Of a stretch of 64,000 nucleotides of DNA, positions 56,763 through 64,000 are shown one piece after another. A model generated the notes under the pieces. The model saw only the letters and a list, made by a program, of their open reading frames with translations. It was not told where the DNA came from and made no database searches. Both the position numbers and the translations under genes were made by a program. The stretch's first letter is position 1; each line of letters opens with the position of its first letter. The stretch is from Gemmatimonadota bacterium (GTDB taxonomy: Bacteria; Gemmatimonadota; Gemmatimonadetes; JACCXV01; JAHWKZ01), in assembly GCA_035524965.1 (NCBI GenBank), contig DATLFH010000082.1:18989-82988 (forward strand), read 5' to 3'.

Positions 56763-58114
56763 GCGCTCGCGGGAGCGGCGCGCTCCTGACCCCGGTCGTC
56801 GCCCGCGCGCTCGGTTGGGCGGCGGCCACCTTCTACGACATCGAGCGGATCGGTCCCGCGGTTCCCGAAGGCCCCGTCCTCATCGTCGCCAACCACCCGA
56901 ACGTGTTCCTGGATGCCTTCGTCGTCTTTCGGACCGCTGGCCGGCCGGCGCGGCCGTTGGCGAAGGCGTCCCACTTCGAGAACCCCGTCTACGGGCTGTT
57001 CCTGCGGGCTCTGGGCGGCCTCCCCGTCCACCGACCGCAGGACGATCCCGCTCGCATGCCCGATAACGAGGAGACGTTCCGCGCCGCGGTGGCTGCGCTT
57101 CGCGGGGGGGACGTCGTCCAGATCTACCCCGAGGGGCGCAGTCACTCCGAGCCGGCGCTGGCGCCGCTCCGCACGGGCGCCGCGCGGATCGCGCTCCGCG
57201 CCGAGGCGGAGGCGGGGTGGAACCTCCGCCTCGCGATCGTGCCGATCGGCCTGACTTACGAGCGCAAGACCCTCTTCCGCGGGCGCGCGGCGGCGTTCAT
57301 CGGCGAGCCGTTCGGAGCAGGGGGGTATCGGCAGGCATGGGAGCGGGAGCCGGTCGCGGCCATCCGCGGGCTGACGCAGGAGATCGCGGATCGGCTCGAG
57401 GCGGTGACCCTGAACCTCACCGAAGCCGAGGACTTCGACCTGATCGAGATCGCCGAACGGTTGTACGCACGCGAGAAGGGATGGGCCGGCTGGCGCGAAC
57501 GGGAGGGCCTGGGCGGGCGCCTGCCGAGGCTGCAGGCGTTCGCGCGCGGCCTGGCGTGGCTCCGGGCGCACGATCCCGGGCGGTACCGGCGGCTGGCGCT
57601 CCGGGTCCGGCGCTACGGCCGACTGCTCGAGCGGGTCGGGGCGGGCGAAGCCGACGTGCCGCCCGAGTACCGTCGCGGCGTCGTGATCGGCTATGCGCTC
57701 CGCGAGGCACTCGCCCTCGGGATCGGCTTTCCGCCGGCCGCGGCCGGGCTGCTAGCCTGGTACGTACCTTACCTGGTCCCGCGGGTGGTCGCGCGGCTCG
57801 CCCGGCCGGAGTCGCAGGCGATCGCGACCTGGAAGCTGGCCGCGGCAATGGTCGCCTTTCCGGCCGCCTGGGTGGGATGGATCCTCGTGATCGGCTGGGC
57901 GGCCGGCGGGAAGGCGGCCCTCATCGCGGCTCTCCTGCTGCCGCCCCTCGGCCTCTTCACCCTCTGGTGGACGAAGCGCTGGGAGCGGGTACGCGAGGAC
58001 ACGGTCCTGTTCTTCCGGCTTCTATTCCGGCCCGGGCGCCGCGATCGCCTGGCCGCCTACCGCACGGTGCTCGCCGTGGAGTTCGACGCGCTCCAGCGGG
58101 AGATCACGGGCTGA
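56759..58114 (+). CDS. PlsC-family 1-acyl-sn-glycerol-3-phosphate acyltransferase with C-terminal TM domain
   Basis: HX4D motif (ANHPNVFLD), PEGRSHSE motif and C-terminal hydrophobic helices. No canonical start downstream of the previous stop; CTG at 56759 is proposed, with low confidence on the start. Confidence 0.6.
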   Translation: MSARGSGALLTPVVARALGWAAATFYDIERIGPAVPEGPVLIVANHPNVFLDAFVVFRTAGRPARPLAKASHFENPVYGLFLRALGGLPVHRPQDDPARMPDNEETFRAAVAALRGGDVVQIYPEGRSHSEPALAPLRTGAARIALRAEAEAGWNLRLAIVPIGLTYERKTLFRGRAAAFIGEPFGAGGYRQAWEREPVAAIRGLTQEIADRLEAVTLNLTEAEDFDLIEIAERLYAREKGWAGWREREGLGGRLPRLQAFARGLAWLRAHDPGRYRRLALRVRRYGRLLERVGAGEADVPPEYRRGVVIGYALREALALGIGFPPAAAGLLAWYVPYLVPRVVARLARPESQAIATWKLAAAMVAFPAAWVGWILVIGWAAGGKAALIAALLLPPLGLFTLWWTKRWERVREDTVLFFRLLFRPGRRDRLAAYRTVLAVEFDALQREITG

Positions 58115-58143
58115 TCAGGCCGGCCACCGGCCAGAACGAGGCG

Positions 58144-59520
58144 TCAGAACGGCAGCTCGATCTCGCGGAAGTTCCGGAAGACCGGGAGCCCGTACCCCCG
58201 CCCCTCAGCGGTCCGCAGCCCGTCCGGCAACGGCGCGCCGGCCGCGCCGGTGACGCCCGGAAGGTCGCCGATCGAGACGGGCGGGATCGAGGCCCCGAAC
58301 TCGGCGTTGATGACCGCGATCAGCTCGTTGGCGATGATCCCGTACCCCTTGCAGGTCGGGTGGATGCCGTCCAGGCTGAAAAGGCCGCCGGTGATGAAGT
58401 CGGTCGTCAGGAGCTGTCCGTTCGCCAGGAAGCCGTTGGCGACGATGTCGGCGAGAACGGCATTGATGTCGACGACCGCCAGGCCGTGCTTGGCGGCGAT
58501 CTGGCCGATGACCGTGTTGTAGCCCTGGACGGCTCCCGCCGCGACCGCCTGCTCCGACGCGTTCAGGACGACCGAGTTGGGGAGCGGCTGGCCGCTCCCG
58601 CCGACCGCCGCCGGCACGCCGATCCCCTGGAGCAGGAGGTCGAGCGCGTTCAGCGTGACGAGATCTCCAAGCGCGAGCGGCCCGTCGGGGCCGATGAGCG
58701 GAATCGGCTGGCCGCCGGGGCCGAGGACGGGCTGGAGGGTGGCCGGATCGACGACGACCGGCGGGATCGTCGTCATGAACGGGATCACGGTCACGTCGGG
58801 GACGTTCAGCAGGACGATCTGGTCCGTCGTGCGGCGCAGGCTGCCGATGAAGACGTCATAGACCAGGCCGAACGACGCGGTCGGGATCGGCAGCCCGGGC
58901 GCGAGCGCAGGGTCCCCGCCGCGGGTCGCGTAGCCCAGCGCCTCGTTGCTTCCCAGGAATACGGTGACGAAGGTCGCATTGCGGCGCGCCGTTTGCTCCT
59001 CCCACGTTCCGAAGCCGCGCAGGACGAAGTCGAAGAAGGCATTCCCCGACAGCGAGGTGGCCCGGCTCTCGGCGGTGAGCGCCTCGTACCCCAGCGCCCC
59101 GGGCACGCCGAGGTTGTCGTAGGGCCGCGGGAGGTCGGCATTGAGCGGCTGCCCGGCCGGCGCGGCGCGTTCGATCACGAGCGGCTGAAGGCTCACGAGC
59201 TCGAGGCGGCCCACATCCGATCCGGGGGCCGCGATGCCGGGCGAGGAGACGAGCGGTTGCTCGAAGTCCCCCTCCGCGCCGACCTGCTGGGCCAGGAGGA
59301 GAGGGTACGAACACGACTGGCCGGCCTCGCCGAGAGCCGCGCTCTGGAATCCAGCGGTCAGGGTGTTGCCGATCGCGACGTAGCGGGAGAGGTCCGCCCG
59401 TCCCGTGAGGGCCCCGGGACCGGCGGGCCCGTCGCCGTCGTCGCACGCGACAAAGGTCAGAGCGGCGCAGAGCGCGCCGATCGCAGACATCCGGAACATA
59501 AGAGCTCTCCTTTCTCTCAA
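58144..59520 (-). CDS. SGNH/GDSL-like hydrolase family lipoprotein (copy 1)
   Basis: Lipoprotein signal (ALCAALTFVAC). Block I-like IGNTLTAG. Block V DGIHPT. The ATG overlaps the TGA of copy 2. Confidence 0.6.
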   Translation of the reverse strand: MRERRALMFRMSAIGALCAALTFVACDDGDGPAGPGALTGRADLSRYVAIGNTLTAGFQSAALGEAGQSCSYPLLLAQQVGAEGDFEQPLVSSPGIAAPGSDVGRLELVSLQPLVIERAAPAGQPLNADLPRPYDNLGVPGALGYEALTAESRATSLSGNAFFDFVLRGFGTWEEQTARRNATFVTVFLGSNEALGYATRGGDPALAPGLPIPTASFGLVYDVFIGSLRRTTDQIVLLNVPDVTVIPFMTTIPPVVVDPATLQPVLGPGGQPIPLIGPDGPLALGDLVTLNALDLLLQGIGVPAAVGGSGQPLPNSVVLNASEQAVAAGAVQGYNTVIGQIAAKHGLAVVDINAVLADIVANGFLANGQLLTTDFITGGLFSLDGIHPTCKGYGIIANELIAVINAEFGASIPPVSIGDLPGVTGAAGAPLPDGLRTAEGRGYGLPVFRNFREIELPF

Positions 59521-60815
59521 AGACTATCGAAGAGCGGAACGCCGGGCAGGTCGGCGGTCCGCACGTGGGGCAGGCTCGCCCCGTATCGGTCGTTCACGGC
59601 GTCGATCAGACGGTTCGTGATCACACCGTAGCCCTTGGCGGAGAAGCGCAGCCCGTCCAGCCCGAACGCCTGGCCGGTCAGGAAGTCGGCTGTCAGCAGG
59701 ATGCCGTCCGACACCAGGCCGCCGCTCGCCACCAGGCGGACGACGGCCGCCACATCGACGACCGCCAGCTCGTGCTCGCGGGCGAGCGCCGCGATCGCAT
59801 CGTTGTAACCGGCCACGGCGTCGCGCGCCAGCGCCTGCTCGCCGGTGTCGAGGACGACGCGGTCGGGAAGCGGCGCACCGGTCCCGCCCTGCTCCTCGGG
59901 GATGCCGGTCCCCTCGGCGAGGAGCGGCCGCGCGTCGAGGGAGACCTGGTCGCCCGGATCGAGCGGGCCGTCCGGGCCCCGGAGAGGGACCGCGACCTGC
60001 CTCTGGAACGTGAGCGTGTCGCCGCTCTGGGGATCGACCACCGTCTCGATCACGGTGACCATCACCGGGTCGCCGGTCAGCGGGTTCACGACGACCGGAG
60101 GGACGGTGGTCAGGAACGGCAGCGCCGTCACGTCGGGCACGTTGAAGAGGACGATCTGATCGGTGACCGCGAGCAACTGGTCGAGAAACAGATCGTAGAG
60201 GTTCTCGAACGTGCGCACGGGCGTGGGAAGCCCCGGCGCCAGAGCCGGATCGCCGCCGGCACGCGCGTACTCGAGGACGTCGCCGGTTCCGATCGAGAGG
60301 AGCACGAAGCTCGCGTCCAGCTCGGCGGCCTGCTCGGCGAACGTGCCGCGATCCCGCAGCACGATGTCGTAGAACGGGTTGCCGCCGATCGAGGTGGCCG
60401 AGCTCCTGGCTACCGCGGCCTCGGCCACGCGCGCCCCCGGCACGCCCAGGTTGTCGTAGGGGCGGTCGAGGTCGGCGTCGAGCGGCGGGCCCCCGCGTGG
60501 AAGCCGCTCGATGACCGGCGGGAAGGCGCTCACGAGCGACAGACGGCCGCCCGTGTCACCTTCGGTGGCGATGCCGGGATCCGGGATCAAAGGTTGCACG
60601 AACGCGCTCCCGCCGGCCTGGCGGGCGAAGAGCGCCGGCACGGACGTCTCCTGGCCCGTCCGGAAGAGCGCGCCGTCGCGAGCGCCGGCGACCAGGCCGT
60701 CGCCGATCGCCACGATGCGCTCGAGATCGAGGTCGCCCGTGCGGTTCGGGAAGCTCTCGAGCGGACCCCCTTCGCCGAGGCATCCTCCGACCATGAGCGC
60801 CGCCGCGATCGGCAC
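59517..60815 (-). CDS. SGNH/GDSL-like lipoprotein paralog (copy 2, catalytic His and Ser positions substituted)
   Basis: Roughly 45% identical to copy 1 by eye (DRPYDNLGVPGA, DQIVLFNVPDVT shared). Block I is GDGLVAG. Block V is DGLRFS with no His. Lipobox MVGGC. The start is uncertain (GTG at 60815 or ATG at 60794). Confidence 0.55.
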   Translation of the reverse strand: MPIAAALMVGGCLGEGGPLESFPNRTGDLDLERIVAIGDGLVAGARDGALFRTGQETSVPALFARQAGGSAFVQPLIPDPGIATEGDTGGRLSLVSAFPPVIERLPRGGPPLDADLDRPYDNLGVPGARVAEAAVARSSATSIGGNPFYDIVLRDRGTFAEQAAELDASFVLLSIGTGDVLEYARAGGDPALAPGLPTPVRTFENLYDLFLDQLLAVTDQIVLFNVPDVTALPFLTTVPPVVVNPLTGDPVMVTVIETVVDPQSGDTLTFQRQVAVPLRGPDGPLDPGDQVSLDARPLLAEGTGIPEEQGGTGAPLPDRVVLDTGEQALARDAVAGYNDAIAALAREHELAVVDVAAVVRLVASGGLVSDGILLTADFLTGQAFGLDGLRFSAKGYGVITNRLIDAVNDRYGASLPHVRTADLPGVPLFDSL

Positions 60816-60862
60816 GAGGGCGGGCCGGCGGACGCGTGAGCCTCCGGGATCCTTCCGCGCGA

Positions 60863-61504
60863 TCAGGACCGCTCCTCGACGGGGAGGCCGGCCTTCTTCC
60901 AGGCGGGAAACCCTCCCCCCAGCACTCGAACGTGGGGATATCCGTATGCGGCCAGGATGCGGGCCGCGTCGCGCGCGCGCGCGGTTCCCTCGGCATACAG
61001 GAGGACGACCTGATCGTCCCGGACGTGGAGGTCGACGAGGTTGTCCTCCAGGGCATCGAGCGGGACCAGCTTGGCCCCCCGGATGTGCCCCTCGGTCACG
61101 TACACGGGAGCCGTTCGCAGGTCGATCACGTACCACTTCGGTCGGGCGGCCTGCATCAGCGAGTGCGCGATTCTGGGCTCCAGGATGCGGAAGGCGCCGG
61201 GCGCGTGGGGGTCGCCCGCCCCCGCTCGGGGGATGAGCTCGCGGACCTCGCCCGCAGACCGGCCGATGATGATCTGGAGCCGCCCGCCGGTGCTGTCGAT
61301 GACGTACTGGGTGTCGGCGACCCACGGGCGGGCCTCCGCGCGCTCGGGTTGCGGGCCGTCCGCCGGCCGCCCTCGGCAGGCGGCCGTCAGGAGCGTCGCG
61401 CCCAGCCCGGCCGCAACGAGCCCGGCCGCAACGAGCCCGGCCGCGCCGAGCGCGAGTCGCGGCTCAGCGGCCCGGCGCCGCAAACCGCTCCTCCTCCCGG
61501 ACAT
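60863..61504 (-). CDS. rhodanese-homology-domain lipoprotein (no catalytic Cys evident)
   Basis: C-terminal rhodanese fold (YVIDLRTAPVYVTEGHIRGAKLVPL...LLYAEGTARA...GGGFPAWKKAGLP). Signal peptide with AAGLVAAGLVAAGLG repeats and lipobox LLTAAC. Confidence 0.55.
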   Translation of the reverse strand: MSGRRSGLRRRAAEPRLALGAAGLVAAGLVAAGLGATLLTAACRGRPADGPQPERAEARPWVADTQYVIDSTGGRLQIIIGRSAGEVRELIPRAGAGDPHAPGAFRILEPRIAHSLMQAARPKWYVIDLRTAPVYVTEGHIRGAKLVPLDALEDNLVDLHVRDDQVVLLYAEGTARARDAARILAAYGYPHVRVLGGGFPAWKKAGLPVEERS

Positions 61505-61925
61505 AATCCCCGCCCGATCCCCCGGCCTTCTGATCCAGCCGGATGGACTCGATCGTCATCGAGCGGTCCATCGACTTCGCCATGTCGTAGACGGTCAGCA
61601 GCGCGACGGCGACCGCGGTCAGGGCTTCCATCTCGGCCCCCGTCCGGGCGGTGGCCACGACCTCCGCGCTCGCCCTGACCCCGGGGAGCGACGGATCGGC
61701 CTGGATCGCGATTGCGACGTGGTCGAGCGGCAGCGGATGGCAGAGCGGGATCAGGCCGGGGGTCCGCTTCGCGGCCTGGATGCCGGCTACCCGGGCCACT
61801 GCGAGCGCGTCTCCCTTGGAGAGCCGCCCCTCAGTGAGCGCCGCGAGCGCGGACTCCGACATGCGGAGCGCGCCGGAAGCGCTGGCCACCCGCCGGGTCG
61901 GCGCCTTGGCAGAGACGTCCACCAT
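61464..61925 (-). CDS. moaC: cyclic pyranopterin monophosphate synthase accessory protein MoaC
   Basis: MVDVSAKAPTRRVA...GIQAAKRTPGLIPLCHPLPL...GAEMEALTAVAVALLTVYDMAKS is closely similar to MoaC. ATG at 61925; a CTG at 61967 overlapping the accA stop is an alternative start. Confidence 0.8.
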   Translation of the reverse strand: MVDVSAKAPTRRVASASGALRMSESALAALTEGRLSKGDALAVARVAGIQAAKRTPGLIPLCHPLPLDHVAIAIQADPSLPGVRASAEVVATARTGAEMEALTAVAVALLTVYDMAKSMDRSMTIESIRLDQKAGGSGGDYVREEERFAAPGR

Positions 61926-61963
61926 CCGCGCCCGGCCGGCGGGATCGATGTGGGTCGGTCCGG

Positions 61964-62977
61964 TCAGCGGGGCGTCCGCGCGGGAACGTCCGTGCGCTCG
62001 GCGGCGTGAATCCCCGCGTCGCTGCGCCAGGCCCCCATACCGCGGTACTTCTCGCGCCGGCGGCGGATCCGCTCGTCCGGTTCCCAAGCGGACACCTCCT
62101 GCAGGTGCCGTCGCAGGGCGTCCTCGACCGCTCGCGCGGTGGCGGCGTAGTCGGTGTGCGCCCCCCCCATAGGCTCGGTGACGATCTCGTCGACGACCCC
62201 CATCTCGTAGAGGTCCCGGGCGGTGATCTTCATGGCGCGGGCGGCGAGCTCCCGCTTCTCGCCGTCCTTCCATAGGATCGCGGCGCACCCTTCGGGGCTG
62301 ATCACCGAGTAGAACGCATTCTCCAGAATCAGGATGCGATCGGTCACCCCGATCCCGAGCGCGCCGCCCGAGGCCCCCTCCCCGGTGACGACCGAGATCG
62401 TGGGCACCGCCAGCCCCGCCATCTCGCGCAGGTTCCGCGCGATCGCCTCGGCCTGGCCGCGTTCCTCGGCGCCGATTCCGGGATACGCGCCGGGGGTGTC
62501 GATCAAGGTGACGACGGGGTGGTCGAACTTCTCGGCCAGGCGCATGAGACGCAGCGCCTTCCGGTACCCCTCGGGATTGGGCATGCCGAAGTTGCGGCGC
62601 AGGTTCTCCTTCGTGTCGCGGCCCTTCTGCTGCCCGACGATCATCACCGGCCGGCCGTCGAAGCGCGCCAGCCCGCCGATCATCGCATGGTCGTCGGCGT
62701 AGCCTCGGTCGCCGTGGAGCTCGAGCCAGTCGGTGAAGCAGCGCTCGATCAGGTCGAGCGGGTAGGGGCGCCGGGGATGACGCGCGAGCTGGACGCGCTG
62801 GAGGGGGGTGAGGTGGTTGAAGATGTCTTCCTTGAGGCGCGCCAGTTTGGCGTGAAGCGTCGCCAGCTCGGCCGAGACATCGATCCCCCGCTCGCCGGCC
62901 AAGGATTCCATCTCGGCGATCTTCTCCTCGATCTCCACGATCGGCCGCTCGAAATCGAGATAGATGCCGTGCGTCAC
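61964..62977 (-). CDS. accA: acetyl-CoA carboxylase carboxyltransferase subunit alpha
   Basis: Conserved AccA core (LDFERPIVEIEEKI...GQQKGRDTKENLRRNFGMPNPEGYRKALRLMRLAEKF...). Confidence 0.9.
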   Translation of the reverse strand: MTHGIYLDFERPIVEIEEKIAEMESLAGERGIDVSAELATLHAKLARLKEDIFNHLTPLQRVQLARHPRRPYPLDLIERCFTDWLELHGDRGYADDHAMIGGLARFDGRPVMIVGQQKGRDTKENLRRNFGMPNPEGYRKALRLMRLAEKFDHPVVTLIDTPGAYPGIGAEERGQAEAIARNLREMAGLAVPTISVVTGEGASGGALGIGVTDRILILENAFYSVISPEGCAAILWKDGEKRELAARAMKITARDLYEMGVVDEIVTEPMGGAHTDYAATARAVEDALRRHLQEVSAWEPDERIRRRREKYRGMGAWRSDAGIHAAERTDVPARTPR

Positions 62978-64000
62978 GAGAACCCGCGTCCGTTGCCGCG
63001 CGCGCGCGGCGGTCCGAGGCGCACGTTCTCCGTCCCGAGGAGGGCGTGGAGCGGCTCGAGCAGGCCGGATAGCGCCACGCAGAAACCGACCTCGAGCACG
63101 GCTTCACTTTCGCCTGTATTAACGGTGATCGTGACCGGCATAGAACCCGAGTGCTGGACGAGGAGCGAGCGCACGGTTTGCAGCGTCCCTGCGTCGCACT
63201 TCTCGCGCGGGACCCGGACCTCCAGCCGGCGTTCGCCGGTCGATCCGGCTTCGGCGAGGGCCACGATCGAGCCCGCGAGCACCTTGCCGTTCTCCTCGTC
63301 GTCCCGCCGGTCGAGGCGACCGCTCACGAGCAGGGGGGTGTCGCTGTGGATGAGTGGCCGCGCCGACTCGTAGACCGTGTTGAAGGCGATTACATCGACG
63401 GTGCCGGTAAAATCTTCCAGGGTGAAGAAGGCCATCTCGTTGCCCCGCTTGTCGCGCATCCCCTTGATCCCGGTCACGACCCCGCCCAGGCAAACCTCGC
63501 AGCCGTGGGGCTGGTCCGCCAGCCCACCCGCAGTGTGGTGCGCGAACGCCTCGAGCTGGGCCCGCACCCGGTCCAGCGGATGCCCGGAGATGTAGAAGCC
63601 CAGCACCTCCTTCTCGCGTCGCAGCCGCTCCCCCGCTGGCCAGGCATCCACCTCGGGCAGGGGTGGCAGGCGGGGGCCGGCGTTCTCGGGGGCGCCGCCG
63701 AACAGCGTGAACTGTCCCCGCTCTCGCTCGGACGCCTTCCGCTGGCCGTATCCGATCGCCAGGTCGAGAACGGCCGCCTGCTGGGCGCGGTCCCCGGTGA
63801 GGTTGTCGCAGGCGCCGGCCAGCACCAGGCTCTCCAGCACGCGGCGATTCGCCTGCCGGAGGTCGATGCGGGCGGCCAGGTCGAAGAGGCTCGTGAAGGG
63901 CCCTTTCGCTGCGCGCACCGCCAGGATCGACTCGATCGCCCCTCGGCCGACGTTCTTGATCGCCCCCAGGCCGAAGCGCAGCCCCGCGGGGACCTCGGTG
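62974..64000 (-). CDS. dnaE: DNA polymerase III alpha subunit, C-terminal part (partial; continues beyond the window end)
   Basis: FGLGAIKNVGRGAIESILAVRAAKGPF (HhH/tau-binding region) and OB-fold C-terminus. The reading frame is open to position 64000. Confidence 0.85.
   Translation of the reverse strand, partial: TEVPAGLRFGLGAIKNVGRGAIESILAVRAAKGPFTSLFDLAARIDLRQANRRVLESLVLAGACDNLTGDRAQQAAVLDLAIGYGQRKASERERGQFTLFGGAPENAGPRLPPLPEVDAWPAGERLRREKEVLGFYISGHPLDRVRAQLEAFAHHTAGGLADQPHGCEVCLGGVVTGIKGMRDKRGNEMAFFTLEDFTGTVDVIAFNTVYESARPLIHSDTPLLVSGRLDRRDDEENGKVLAGSIVALAEAGSTGERRLEVRVPREKCDAGTLQTVRSLLVQHSGSMPVTITVNTGESEAVLEVGFCVALSGLLEPLHALLGTENVRLGPPRARGNGRGFS

Overview
This 64 kb window is high-GC (about 70%) bacterial chromosomal DNA with no compositional sign of foreign origin. 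It spans the replication-origin neighbourhood: rpmH-rnpA-yidD-yidC on the minus strand and dnaA-dnaN-recF-dciA-gyrB-gyrA on the plus strand. The best oriC candidate is the dnaA-dnaN spacer (degenerate DnaA boxes and an AT-rich unwinding element), though the AT-rich atpC/bactofilin island has better DnaA boxes and could instead be the origin. A sigma-70-type promoter lies upstream of dnaA and a single consensus-like parS site lies nearby.

Left of the origin, the minus strand carries housekeeping and envelope genes: an ECF sigma/anti-sigma pair, fadJ-fadI, a pair of M16 peptidases, an M23 peptidase, MlaD, metG, a GFA-family protein, holB, an EnvC-like/ftsX/ftsE block, two parvulin-type PPIases and mfd. 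These are followed by a BatA-like vWA / DUF58 / MoxR ATPase / SAM-methyltransferase block and a CpxP/Spy-like lipoprotein. A complete F1Fo ATP synthase operon on the plus strand (atpZ-like, atpI, atpB, atpE, atpF, atpH, atpA, atpG, atpD, atpC) comes next.

The most striking arrangement is parA-parB-(M23 peptidase)-bactofilin, with all four genes joined by 4-nt stop/start overlaps. Right of gyrA are a REC-GAF-GGDEF regulator, an alpha/beta hydrolase, moaD, moaE, two tandem paralogous hypothetical genes and a PlsC-like acyltransferase. On the minus strand follow two paralogous SGNH-like lipoproteins, a rhodanese-like lipoprotein, moaC, accA and the 3' part of dnaE (partial).

Genes are very tightly packed, with more than ten ATGA/GTGA stop-start overlaps. 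Non-coding points of interest are a 151-bp element bounded by 19-bp inverted repeats, an AT-rich island with near-consensus DnaA boxes between atpC and the bactofilin gene, and several short tandem repeats. No rRNA, tRNA or CRISPR arrays were seen.

Taxon is uncertain. It is a diderm; the gene content and the parAB-bactofilin linkage hint at Myxococcota or Gemmatimonadota-like lineages. All calls are by eye from the six-frame translations.
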